Assembly: GCF_000150275.1 (NCBI RefSeq)
Contig: NW_002060946.1
Coordinates: forward strand, 1,173,562 to 1,237,561
Source of the DNA: Trichoplax adhaerens
Taxonomy: Eukaryota > Animalia > Placozoa
Reading direction: 5' to 3'
DNA length: 64,000 nt
The translations under genes were made by a program, and so were the position numbers. Positions 26,863 through 40,800 of this stretch are shown piece after piece. Below the pieces are notes generated by a model. It ran no database searches, was not told where the DNA came from, and saw only the letters and a list, made by a program, of their open reading frames with translations. Within the stretch, counting starts at the first letter, position 1, and each line of letters opens with the position of its first letter.

Positions 26863-28892
26863 TATTTATCAACTACTCTATTAAATAGATATAATTATTA
26901 TTAAGCGAATAAAATTTAATTCTGTTAATAACCATTTGTTATGAAAAATTACGCTAATTGTTAGTATTCAAAGAAAGACAAATTATAAAGCTTGGATATT
27001 CAATTTTAAAACTATCATGTCTCCCAACACTGAATAACAGTAATCATAAGAAAGCGATGACGCAGAATTTATTTTATTTTAATACATTTGATGCAATATA
27101 CCGCAGTGATAGTTAGTATCGAAAATAATCCGGTACCGAGATATTTCATCATAGATTATCGAATAATAGATTACATTTTAGTTCGATTTTGATAAATACT
27201 GTTTTATTTAAAATAATTAGTGGAACCTTCTAAGTAGAAACAATCAGTCACATATACTTTCGTATCTAAATCATCGATTAAGTTATTACTACTATGGTAG
27301 CTTTTATTAATTGTCACAAAGCACCTTTGGAACAAGATAACGTAATGTACGATCAATAAGTCAATTCCTTGAACCACGTATCAAAGAACGATATCTGCAC
27401 TATCAAGAACACTTTTGCTCTACTAGCAGACAACACAAAGACTTAGACGCCTCATATTTCACGTTAAACACTAAGTTTAAGAATTAACTTTATTACACGA
27501 TATACCGCATTTATATACTCTCCCTCAATACTTCATGAGTCATAACATAACTATTAATTTAAGTATATGTAGATATTTCTACTCTAATACAGTATATAAC
27601 ACTGTCACAGTAATACATCTAATGTGGACATTATGTTATAGGCTGCCTGCATAGCAGCTAAGAGTAGCTGGACTATCTTAATATCATGTGCTATCTGTAA
27701 CATAAATGCGTATGAGCTATCAGAAACGTAAGCTAACGTTAACATTTATACCTAGTAGCGGGTTAATTACTACACTAATTTCTATAGTAGTTCGATTTCC
27801 ATCGAATATCTTCGGTAACCTAATCAAATATTGCCACTACTAGAGCGAAGCTTGTCAAAAATTTAGAAATCTAATGTAGAGTTTAGCATGGCTAAGCTTT
27901 AGCCATAAGAGATAACTTTTGAGTTAAAACTAGCTTCTTATTACTGAGAAATTTAAGTTAATTTTGGAAATGCAGTAGATGGTTCTACCTGTGATTAAAT
28001 TTGAATTCATATATCTATGCTCAAAAGCTGTTGCTGTAATTATTAGCAGCAATTGGCTATCATCATAGTAATATTCATGCATTGCTTGTGAATAGGAGAG
28101 CTAATGTGCGAATATTGCTTTATATAAAATGCGTATTACTATAATAGTTATCTTACTAATCTGATCTATATTTGCTAGAGCTCTTTACATTCCATATACA
28201 ATTAGAACTGCTACTAAAGCTAATATTTGAAAGGAATTTGACTTAATTCAAGTCTATAGAAATCTCTTATTTACCAGTTTTTTAATCATCTCACCTTAGT
28301 AAGAGATCATCATTCTTTACATGTAAGGAATACAAACCTATTTTGTATTACTCAACTTGGGTTAAAAGACATAAAGTTTGTGAGAAATATCTTGCATGCA
28401 TAAATGTACCGCTCCATTAACGTATCTAGTATCTGTCATGCCCTTGAAAGCCGTATTATAATGGTACCATATTAAAGAGACGTACATGATCTGATATATA
28501 GGTACAAATTTATTGATTTTTAAACTATTTCAAAATAAAAAGGTTAAGACCAAATAAATATACAAAATGCTGGCTACGATATTACAATAAATATACAGTG
28601 TATGATATTTCTTTAGAGGTATGGAATACCTACATTGATTAAAAAAATGGCTCAATATTGGCATTAATAATTGAATATCAGGCTATTTATCAACTGTAAC
28701 AGTTAATATTAACTCTATAGATGCGTTTTGTCGCATAAAATAAAATTAAAATCGAGAAATTGCTGTTTTAATATGAGATAAATGTAGACTAAAGGAGTAT
28801 AGGTTAGCATTTTCTTGATATCAAACAGCAACCACTTATGTACTATTTTTTACTATAGTTTTATAAAAGCTATTTGAGGTCAGTTAAGAATT

Positions 28893-31800
28893 CTAATAGT
28901 CTAAACTCATAAGAAGAGCCGTTCCACGCTTGATCCAATGGTCTGCAGTAACTGATCCCACCTTAATATCAACGGAGACAACAAATGAAGGTCTACCTCC
29001 GGAACCTGAACGATTTGGGTAGTAGTAGCAAGGACAAGCATACATTCCTGATAGAAACAACAAGGACAGATTATTTAGTCTTTGGCTGTGCGCTTAAATA
29101 AAATCGTTAAGTAGGGAGTAAGAACTTTAACAATGTAATAAAAATCATATAGAAGCAATGATACCTTTATTTGATTTTCTTTTGTTTTCAACTGGCTTAA
29201 AGTGAATAGCCGGAACTGGACATACTAATTCCATTGGATCTGCTTCAATTAAGCAGGAATTTTTAACGTCCCAACCAGCACCTTCCAAGTATAATCCACG
29301 TATCCATACACCATCCTACACAATATAAATTAATTTATGGTAGATTATTAAATGTTTATATCAGTCACAATTATGCTAGAAGGTATCGTGCCATAGCACC
29401 TACAATGACTTACCTTGGGTGCTTGCATTATATTAGAATCATCAACTGTAGAAACCGGGAATTCCCACGATAAAGAATCGATTGAGACCTATGAAAGATT
29501 GAATATTGGACTGATTTTAGTACATGACGTGATCATTTGCTCGCAAATTGCCTTCTTACATTATTCTGGCGTGCCGAGGTTTGTAGTACAGCAGTTAAGA
29601 AACTGGTTGGAAATGTAAAACCAGAAAGCCAAAACAAGGTTGGTGGATGAGCAGTAATTGCCCATTTACTAAATTGCTCTACTCGAATCACGAGATCTCT
29701 CGTCCAAGCAGCTAAAGGTTTCTGTGATGCATAGGTCTGTAAAACATTGTTACATTTCAGCTTTAATAACAATTTTATGACTTTTGCTAGTTTTTAAGAA
29801 GCTGCAGTACCTTATTCCATAATGGCGGAACTCTTCCATCAAATATGCATGAAAATATTTCCTCTAATGCAGCTGACATAACAACTAAACCCTTAATCCC
29901 TTTAGCCAAGTCTTGTAGAGATGTCCTTATAGTTTGTAGTAAGCTATTATAGCGTGCAACCTAATTCAGAAATGGAAATTAAAACCGTCAACGGTAATAC
30001 TAGAATTTATTGATCACTATTGTATCTAGTACAAAATAGGATCTTTTAATCTACCTCTTGGACTAGTACAACATTGATTGGTGAAGGATCAGATATTAGA
30101 ATAGTTTCTGCGCTTTCTCGGTCGAGGTCTTCCGGTATACGTTTCAACACATCAGCTGCTAGTTCTTGGACCTGGATATTATCAATCTCATATCAGAAAT
30201 TTTATTCTTATTACGACTTATTTCATGAGATTATCGTATAAATTGCTTCAAGATATACCCTATCTTCTCGACTCTCTCCTTGGGCAACCGAAACTTGTGG
30301 CTTCAGTGACAGCAAAGTATCAAATAGCATCCTAAGGAAAGTTAATTGTAAAAATTTGGTTAAATTTAACGGAATTGAGGATAACGTGTTTACCTAAAAT
30401 CATCATTTCCTATAATTGGACGTGGATTAATATCTAAAATATTACAACAATATTTTCTTTATTACCTAGTTTCGATGATTTGACTTGCAATATCAGCATT
30501 TGGATGTTGACCAAAAGCTTCTGGATGATCCACATTTGGCAATAAGTTAATATAATCCTACGTTAAGAGTTGATAAATATAAATTTGTTGATTGAAATCG
30601 AATTTTTCTTAATACTCAATATCATAAAATACATAGAATTTTAGGTTACGAACCAGATAAGATTGCAATGGTCCGTCTTTGGGAATATAGTATGTGGCCA
30701 TTGTTGATAACCTGAGAAAGAAGACATTGATAGATAAGTATTAACAATTAATTGTGTACATATAATTCATGATAGCTGGTACAAAATAAGATATTTTCTA
30801 TAGAGAATGATAATATCATTTACGTAGCTAAGACTAACTTATAAAATGGATTTTGAGCGGCAGCGTCGCAAAAGATGTCGTTGATATAGGTATGTAATAA
30901 ACGTCTATCCCAATCGTCAGTAACATGTCCTCCATAATTAACTCCAGCAATCAAGTATTTTAATGCATCCCATGGTGTCTCATCATATTCATCCAAGTAT
31001 AATGATAACAAATCGTTTGATACTTCAAAATCAGAATCATTGAATCCATAAATAACATTCCAGCCCAACATTAAGAATTTCTTCCTTTCCAGTAGAATAC
31101 TATGGAAAAAGCATAAACCAAATAACAGTTTCTTGAATTTTTCCGGTTTGCGGCAATTATTAAATTGTTCATAGGTGATCGATTGATAGAGACGTTTCAT
31201 ATTGGCTTTTAATCCTTTAGGTGGTTCAGTAGTCATTTTAATACCCGATTGCAAAATTGATATTGGAAATTCTGGATGTGGACTGCTACTTAGCCATAAG
31301 CGAAAATCGGGATGAGGATTTTTAACCTGTAATTGCTCAACTATTTTATCTAATTGAGGCATCCAACTTAATGATAAATGACAATTGGCTAAGAATACCC
31401 AATGGCCTTCCATAATACCTTCACGAATCATTCGTGATGCTATAGGTGATTGGCCTTGACCTAATGATAGCGAATTATATCTTTTATTCATGTTATGCTT
31501 ATCTGCTAATTGAAGTAATGCACCAGATGGATCGACACCAGAAGAGAGAACAAATATAAGTGGTGTTTTAGGACTTGAATCATCTAATACTGAATTCATA
31601 TCGAGTACAGGTGGTTCAACAAATCGTGAGCCAAGATTGTTAATAATAAATGATCCAACAGTAAAAGCAACACGATCAGGTCGTAGTGATCTTACAATCA
31701 GCATTTTTTGCAATTCATTGCATGCGTTATCCCACTCTCCAGGTAGCAAAGCATTTTCAGGCTCGGAACTTGTAAACCAAACATGCCAATCTCTTGCATA

Positions 31801-34800
31801 TTGCTCAAATGATGTTACTAAGCCATGGAAGTTGGTTAACTTATCTAATTCAGTAATATGATCCCATGCTGCTTCTGATAACCATTTGCATGGATTCTCC
31901 ATTTGATTTTCACGATCGATTACGGTACCTCCACGTAAGAAGAAATTATACTCTTCCATATTGAGTTTACCAGCAGCTTCTAAAATTTTAGCGCACATCT
32001 GGAATGAGAAAAGCATTTTATGTCGTTCGAATAATGCCCGACAGGTATAGCGATAAACGGCATAGGTGTGATAATCATTTAACGATTGAATTCTTTCTTC
32101 TAATTTTGAACTACGTGAACTCTTATCAATGGATCCATTAAATAGTTCAATGTAGGAATCTAATGAAAATTGATACATTGGATCAATTCGGCCCATATCA
32201 TTAATGACGAAGAATAGAATGGAAGCACGTTGAGCACATGGACGATAACCTTCACGAGCTGTATCAATTTTAATTTCAGTTTGTTCGCTAATTTGTAATT
32301 GCTCAGATACTTCTTGTGATGTGGTCTTAGATGTTTGCAATGTATTAACCAACTGTTCATCATCCAACAGTGAGCCTTCAGCTGTATTTAATAATTTCAA
32401 TATTTCATCCTCTAATTCAACTAATTTTTTCTTACCAGCAGCAATACTCATGACCAATTTATCTTTTTGCTCTTCAAGGTCTGGTCGTTCCTTTCGCACA
32501 ACAATACCAAGTAGTTGCGCTTGTAGACCTTGTTCTTTAACAGCAAAGTTGACAATAGTTGTCTTAGTGGAAATCTCCGGTGAGTAATGAGGATTACTTA
32601 ATTTTGTTGTGATGTAAAATTTAAATTCTGGATTATAATCAATTTCTTTATCGGCTAAGCGAATAAAGTACTGGCCACCTTTACGTATAATAGCTTTATT
32701 TAAGATAGGCGACAATGATGGATCTAGTTTTTCCTGGACATTATGTAATAGAACCGGAGTACCAAATTGAATTGAATTCTCTAGAACTCGTATGTAATCG
32801 GTTTGCTGTAAATCGATGATACTCAACTTATTCCCTTCCATATTTTTAATCCATTTCAATGCTTGTCCTTGCGGATCAATCATTAATGGCCAACGATTGC
32901 CGCGAGCTACTATGATACCATTTTCAGTTGAGAACGAATCATTAGGTAAACCTTGTATATTCCAATCGCGTACTGTTGTTGGCTTAGCCATAAAATTAGC
33001 GAAATTTAACTCTGGATTACATGGTACATGCAATTTGTAGATTTGCGGCAGCCATATACCATTAACTAATTCTTCACGATAACCCGACAAAAACGATCCA
33101 ACATAAGATAAAAATGCTGCTGCTACTAAGCAATCACCAGGCAGATAGGCAATATTAGATTGCAATTCAGTAACACTATTTTCCCATCGCAATTTTTCAC
33201 CTGATAGACCAGCAACCAATCTACCAGCACGATCTAAACGTAATTCGTTTAATTCAGCAGTTTTACGTAAATCGTCCTTTTGCGCTAATTTCTCATCGTA
33301 TTCACGCTTTAATTTTTCCATTTGATCGGTAATTTCTTTCAATTTACTTTTAGCTGCAGCTAAGGATCTTTCTTTTTCGTGTAATTGAGCACGGGCATGA
33401 TTTAAACGTTGTTTCTTAGGCTCAACAATACGATAGATGCGTCCATATAATTCAGTAGCACGCACCCACATACATAACGATTTAGCTGCTAATGATACAC
33501 GACCGATAATATCAGGTTGGAAATCCGATTGAGAGCAATAGCCAGTTACTTTTTTCAACACACGATCAGTCATATGATCTTTATCAAAATTAACTAATGT
33601 CTTAATAAAGTTAGTTTCCCCAAGTTGTCGTTTTGCTTCGGCCCATGTTGGTTCAGCGCCTAACAATATCATAACTGCTTCCATAACTTTTTCCACTAGA
33701 GGTGGTGGACGCCCGTAAGAACGAATTTCAGTAATATCTTTCTTATTCAATGCTTCTAACGCTTTAACTGCTTCTTCCAACGCTGGCAACGCTTCATCAA
33801 GATCATGTTGTGCAGTCTCTGCTAATTGACGACATCGTTGTTCTTCTTCTTCGATTTTCTCACTCCGTGCAGCGACTGTTTTTTGATGCTCATCTGTCTC
33901 ACGTTTTTGCTGTACAATGATCACTAAATATTCTTCACATTGCTTCTGAAATTGAGCTACTTTATTCTTGGTTCTTTCCAACTCGATGGACATGGTTTCA
34001 ACCTTTGTTCTCGTTTCATCAATTTTCTCCAAACCATTGCGTAATTTATTTGCTTCATTCCCTAACTCTTTCTTTTTCTCATGCAGTAGACTTTTATAAC
34101 CTGCTACTAATTCTAAATAATTAGTCGGTGTAACATAATTACGACGTTTCATTTCTAACCACATCTTTTCCGACATTTTAACCACTGAACTATGAATAGT
34201 AACGAATGTTTGAGCAATCTTAGGCTTCATTTCTTCAAGATCGCCCACATCAACTGTTTGGAGATATTTTTCAGCCACTTCTTGCAATGCTTCTTCTGGC
34301 CATTCTCCAAACCAATCGATGGTAGTGCAGTTAACAAATGCTGGAAACATACGAATTCGATTTCGGAAGGTCTCACCAACTGGACTCATGCATAGTACAA
34401 TTCTTAAGTTACTACGCACTCGTTCAATTAAGTAAGCGAATAGGCTGTCTGTAGTATCTGGAATGCCATCAGTTTTAGCGGCTTTTAATAAACTCTGGCG
34501 GACTTCCTCGAATTCATCTTGTTTGTATAAATTAGGAACTTCACCGCTACTTAAGATATTGTTGATATCTTCCAGGAATGATTCTTGAAGAACTTGAGTA
34601 TCGGCAAATAGGAAAACTGTTGGTTTATTTTCCACTCCAGTTGTTCGATATAATTTTCGGATATCTTCACGGAAATCGGCCGATCGATAATGCCTTGTGA
34701 CTTCAACTTGGAATACTTGATAATTTAAGATATAAGATACTAGCCGAGTTAAACTTCGTCGACCACTACCACCTATACCTAATAATAACATATTGCCACG

Positions 34801-37800
34801 CGGTTGGCGAATAACACGAATAATGCGACAAACATGCTCGACTGCATCACGAAATAAGACTAAATCCATAGCAATCGCGCCTGGTTCCATATTATGATCT
34901 TCAAGTTGATTTTCTAAGCATTGCTTTAAATTAGCGAAATCAGTCATATCTTCATAGATTTGATTTTCCTTCATGAAATCGCCGAAAATAGGTACTTGTC
35001 GATTGGGGCAGATGTTATGAAATGGTAAATCAAATAGTGAGCCTAATTTTTCGGAGATTAATTGCTGAAATTCTTCACGATCTTTTTCATCGACTAAACG
35101 ATCAGAAAACACTCTAAAGCATTCATGTATCCATAGCCGAATAATACTATGCTTGGTATCATGGAAATCACGATGGGAACGCAATAAACCCTGGAATACC
35201 TTAGATATATCTCTCAAGTTAAAAAGATAATGTATTTTAGTCGGCGTTGGCAACATTTTAGATACAATTGAATTATAGATATCAATCGTTGCTTGAGTCA
35301 TGATATCACCTAATGGTTTAATATCTTCTTCAAAATCTTGTAATTTTTGATTGATCATCGTACCGTAGATGCGCTTGATTTGACTTTCTTGTGGGAATGT
35401 CATATTAATAAGGTTAAATCGGCTTTGTAATCGACCTGATATAACAGTTCTACCACCACCAGGTGGGCCCATTGCGGCTAGTAAATACATATCTTTGATA
35501 TATTTAACAGCTTGTTTAGAACGATCATACCAGAAACCGTAATCGAGCCATTGACGAATTAATTCTAGTGGTGGCTGTGAGCCATAGGTATCTTTGGATG
35601 ATATATTAAAGTCGTCCATAAAGGTTAATAATTTTTTCCCACCAACAGGTACATAAACACCTTTGGTGCGCTTTTCAACACGACTTTCGATAATATCCTG
35701 GACATTATTGGATGATGTCTGAGCTGACATGTTGATAATTAATTTGCCATATTGCTGTGGGTCAGCTCTTGAAATGACTCCTTGTGCAACGGATGTTTTC
35801 CCTGTTCCTACTGGGCCGACTAAAAGTGTTGGTGTTTGCGATAGTAAAAGTGATTGGACCAAGAAATCATAACGTAATGCATCCACAGTGGGTACAATAA
35901 TCTTATAGAAAGGTAAATTAGGACTATATTTCCAGCTAGTGTGTAATTTCGACTCCCATAGTACCCATGTTTTCTGCTTAGCATCGACAAAATATTCATA
36001 GATGGTATCTTTGCTGGGAAATTGGCCTTCAATTTCACGTAAATAATTATCCATTTTTTTACGACTATGTTCATCGACTGATGCACAGATCGACCAAATG
36101 AGAGCAAATAGAAACCATAACTCGATCATTTTAGTATAGTAATCATCATTGGGTTGGACACCATTTTCAGCTGTTGCTAATGCATCAAATAATCGACATA
36201 ACGATTTAATATTATTCAATTCAGTAGTCGGAACAAGCTCAGTGCAATGTGCTTGCTTATAGTCTAATACTTTTTGAACGTATTTGTCAAATAATCGCTG
36301 TAATTGTTCAACTGAATTGCGATCTTCTCGTTTTTGTAGCCATGATGTTACATAAGGTTGCCAGCCGATATCTCGATAATCTGTATAGACCATACCACAA
36401 CGACTAATTGTTGCTGGCGAAGCAGCTGCTAAACTATCCACTTCGAATAATAATGATACCTGTTCAGGTAATGATATACGCTCACCGTTAATTAAAGTTA
36501 AAACTTTATTGTCGTCCATAACAGAATTCATCGATTCGATCCATAATGTATCGACAGGGCCATCAAAGACGAGCCATTTCTCATCTAATTTCTCATCAGA
36601 ACATGTTTGACGCATAACACTGGATAAAACACCATCTGTCCATTCATTTGTTGATAAATCAAATTCGCCATACAATTCACCCAAAGATAGTGATTTAGGA
36701 TTAATAGGGTATTCTTTAACAACTTGATAATTAGGGTCATTATGGACTTTTTTCATTCGTGTCATTGCAGCTTGTAATGTCTTCCAAACGACAGTTTTAC
36801 CTGATTCAGTTTGACCTATTACCATGACGGCATGGCGTGAATTTTTAGTTTCATATAGTTGCAGTACTTTCATGATTAATTTCTCATGCGGTTGTAAATT
36901 AGATGATTTAAGTTCTTCTTCCACCACTGTACGTAATTGACCATATTCGGTGGTTGGCGCTTCGATACCAGGGAATAGATCGGATATGATACCGTTAAAT
37001 AGCGGTGCATCACTTGATTTTAATTTAGCGATATTCATATCTTTCATGGCTAATAAGAGAACTTCTTCATCGAGCATATCTGTAAATTCTCGTTTCTTTC
37101 TACCAGCATATTTTAATACTGATACAAGTGCACGTAGACCGAAATCATAATGATCTTGTTTAGATAATTGTTGCACAGCTAACGAATAGAGCGTATGGAC
37201 TTTTTTAGCTAAGACTTTGGTATTCGAAAAGCCTTCAGCAAATAAGATGATTTCAGCAATTTGAGCTGAATCTGGTACTACCATAGCAATGGGTCTAAAC
37301 ATACTCTTTAAATTGTCGGGTAATTCAGTTCGGCCAGCATAGCCAGGATTCATAGTGATAAAGATACCGCATGAACCAACTAAACTAATTTCACGACCTT
37401 CAAATACAAATCGTTGCGCACCATGTGATAGTGCCGTTAATATGGATAAGATTTGTTGAGCAACTACAGATAATACTTCGACATTGATACGATTAAATTC
37501 ATCGAAACAGCCCCAAGCACCCGTTTGTGCCAAACCGCTATACATTCTACCCATAGATTTATAATCTAATCCTTCTGAACAGTTAACAACAATAACATAA
37601 TTTCCCAATGCTTTTCCTAAATCTTTTGTCGTCTCTGTTTTACCCGTGCCAGCAGGTCCTTTAGGGCTGCCACCACGGTGAAGATGGAGCGCGGTAGTTA
37701 GTGTAATGTAACAACGATCTGTTAATGGCGTAATAACTAATCGTCCAGAATTACCTAGATACTCATAACCATATTGAAAGAGTGTGTTGGTTTGGCGTAC

Positions 37801-40800
37801 AGCACAATCATCAAGTTCTTTCTCCCAGTAGACTCGCAATTGGCTTAGCCATTCGAATGAAGTAATATCATTGCAGCCAGTTTTAATCAATTTCTCAATA
37901 ACATCACGGGCATGAACTTCAATCGTGACTAAAGCTACTAATTTACTACGTTGAATTTTTGACAGATTACCTCGAATCATTTCAGAGAATTTATTCAACA
38001 TCGATATCTGCTTCTTTTTTAAGCTTTTTAAAGCTTTCTTCTCACCACTATCTTTAACAGAATTCAATGCTTTAGTCACATCGGCAGTCCATTGCATTTG
38101 ACTAGCCACAATAACCAATTGGCCAGCCCATTCACGAACCCATTTTTCACGCTTATTTAAATTTTTCTTTAATTCATTACGACATCGTTTCAGATAATCT
38201 CTTAAATTCATTCTCATAGCACTTTCAATATCGCATAACCATGATTCAACTGGTCCTTCTAATATAACTGGTTGGATATATTCGATTGATTCGCCATCAG
38301 CCGATGTCATACCTAATGCTTCTGAGCGTGATAAATTAGCTTTATTTAGTTTTAGTGAGTAGATATTATCAAAGCATTTTTTTAAATGAGGTTGGACTGC
38401 ATCTGGATTCTTCGATTGGCCAAGTATTTCAAGTAAATCGTCATTCGACAAGAAATAAAATCGTGGAAATACTTGTCTTTTGGTTTCTAAAAACATATCC
38501 AACGATTTTTGGATTTCTTCTAGTTTAACATTCATGTCGAATAATGTTTCTAACATGCCTGTATGATGAGTTCCTTCTAATGCATTATTTTGCTTATGAA
38601 GTCGATCCATGATACTCTTCCAGTTGGAATTAACAATATCGAATTCCGCTGATTCTTTTGGTAATTGCTTTCGGATATCTTCACCTAAGAATATATTCTC
38701 TAAATACATCCATTGACGCTGAACTGTTAAAATAAGTTCGACCACTTCTAAGATATGTGATAGAGTTCTTTCCCATTTATCAACTTCTTTTTCAAATGCT
38801 CGTACATATCGTGATGCTTTTACTGATGATAAAGTGACTTGATTATCTTCTAATTGCTGGAATAAATCGTCAGTTGCACGCAATTTAAAATAATTACGAT
38901 CTTTATGTCTAGCGATATCTAAAGTCATCGCTTTCCAAGTACTAGAGATATCTTGCAATGCTAATTCGATAGATAATTCTTTAGATGCAGCAGCCGAAAT
39001 TTCACTAATAATATCAGAAAACTGATCAAAACCCAAATCAATCATTTTTTCTAAAGTAAATTCTTTGCTAGTTTGATCAAAAGGTCTTTGCATTTCATTC
39101 TTAAGCTGAAACCAATGACGATCTCTCATAGCTGGATTTTTCAAATCAAGTATTAAAGGAAGTGTTCGCTTAAATTGATCAATTCGACCACGTATTGTAT
39201 CGCAAATCTCCCAATTTTTGTCTTTTAATTCACGGCATAGTTTGTTGACCTTTTTCAACAAAGATTGAGATGTATATTCCATTGATTCGGTGACCAATTC
39301 CATGAAAATTTCGTTTTTCCAATTGGACCATAATTCTTCCCATTCTTTAGTATGAGTCCAAATTTGTTCTAGTTGATCGACATCCTTAAAAATGAAGCAA
39401 GGAAAGTTTAATCGATTGCCTTCGTGGTGACTTTGAGATTAAGAATTACGATTGGTATAAGAGATGAATTGGTAATATTTTATTGGCTTTGCCTATATAA
39501 GTTATGTTATATGTGGACATATAGAATGTCCTGCCTTACCTTTTCTAGATTTGCAAGTTCTTTGGATGGTGGGTGCTCAATCTTAAAGATACTTAAACCA
39601 TGCTTTATCATGGATTCTTGTTCTTTAAGAGCTAATAGCTGATCATGGAATTTACTAAGAATCTCTAAAGCCTGTAGGATTTAAGAATGAAATTTTTAGA
39701 GAGACTTATTGACTGCAGAAGAATATCATTTATACGTGCATATTGATAAAAGCTATGAAATTTACCGTCTCAATAACTACAGTGCTTAAGAATGGTCCCT
39801 TGTTATTGAATTCGTCCCTTAAGTTCAAAATACTTCTCTTAAACTCATCAGAAGAGTGTAGTAAACCAGCTTTGAATTTTTCCTATATAAATGCCACATT
39901 AATACAGTGTTAACCATATATAGTATTACTTTTATTGAAATAAGAAACAGTTTATGTAATAATTCTTTAAGTAAATGCAATTAATTGAATAGCTTTAAGT
40001 CTTATTTCACATTAGATATGTAATTTCTAAGCTTAGATACCTTATGCTTTTTAAGCATGATATCAGAATCCATTAAGCATTGTTGGAAGGAAACCCATTC
40101 GCCATTAAGATCATTGAGCATCTTCTGAACCTGTATATTTCGTTTTAGGAAGATCATGAATCATTAAATTTATTTAATGTCTATTAGTCTTAATTATAAC
40201 TATCTTCTGATACGTACATCAGCAGGAACTTCTACTTCGTACTTTTCTAACACGGCAAACTGTTCGTGTAATGGAGGAAACTTCGATTCAATTTTAGGCA
40301 AATCTAGCTGCAACTGTTCTAAAAGCGCTAAACTGTTACTTAGATGTGATAGTGATTGAGGTGGAGTCCTTAAATTTTCAGAATTGGTTGATAAGAATTC
40401 GTTTAATTCTTTCAAACGTGTTGTCGCCATCTCACTAAGCAATGTTGTGAATTTATTTTGCCATAAACTGCAATGATGATGAAGAGCAGCCTTTAGTGGT
40501 GAACAATCTAACATAACAAATTGGATATTCAACACTGTTTCCTCTTTAGAAACATTATTCGCAACTTCTGTATATCTAGCGATATCAGCATCAAATGAAG
40601 ATACTGGTGGATTAAGATTTTGATAGCGGCGAATGAAGGCTTCTTTATTAACTTCCCATATATCTCTGTAATTATCCCATTTGGCTAAGTAGTTTTGTAC
40701 ATGGGTTTCATTAGTATCCAATCCAGCTAAAATAGCGCTTTGTATCTTTCGAATTTCATCATCACGTGAAATAATAGCATAGATTGCTTCTTTATCAGAT

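Noticed and set aside
27888-27906. Small inverted repeat ATGGCTAA-GCT-TTAGCCAT
   Set aside because: An 8-bp stem is expected by chance in 64 kb of AT-rich DNA, and there is no supporting context.
31637-37150. Short antisense and alternate-frame ORFs inside the dynein exon
   Set aside because: They are shadows of a long coding exon, with no recognisable domains.
30820-39303. The 2827-aa ORF as a stand-alone retrogene or foreign intronless gene
   Set aside because: It has valid splice sites at both ends and joins in frame to many small dynein exons on each side.
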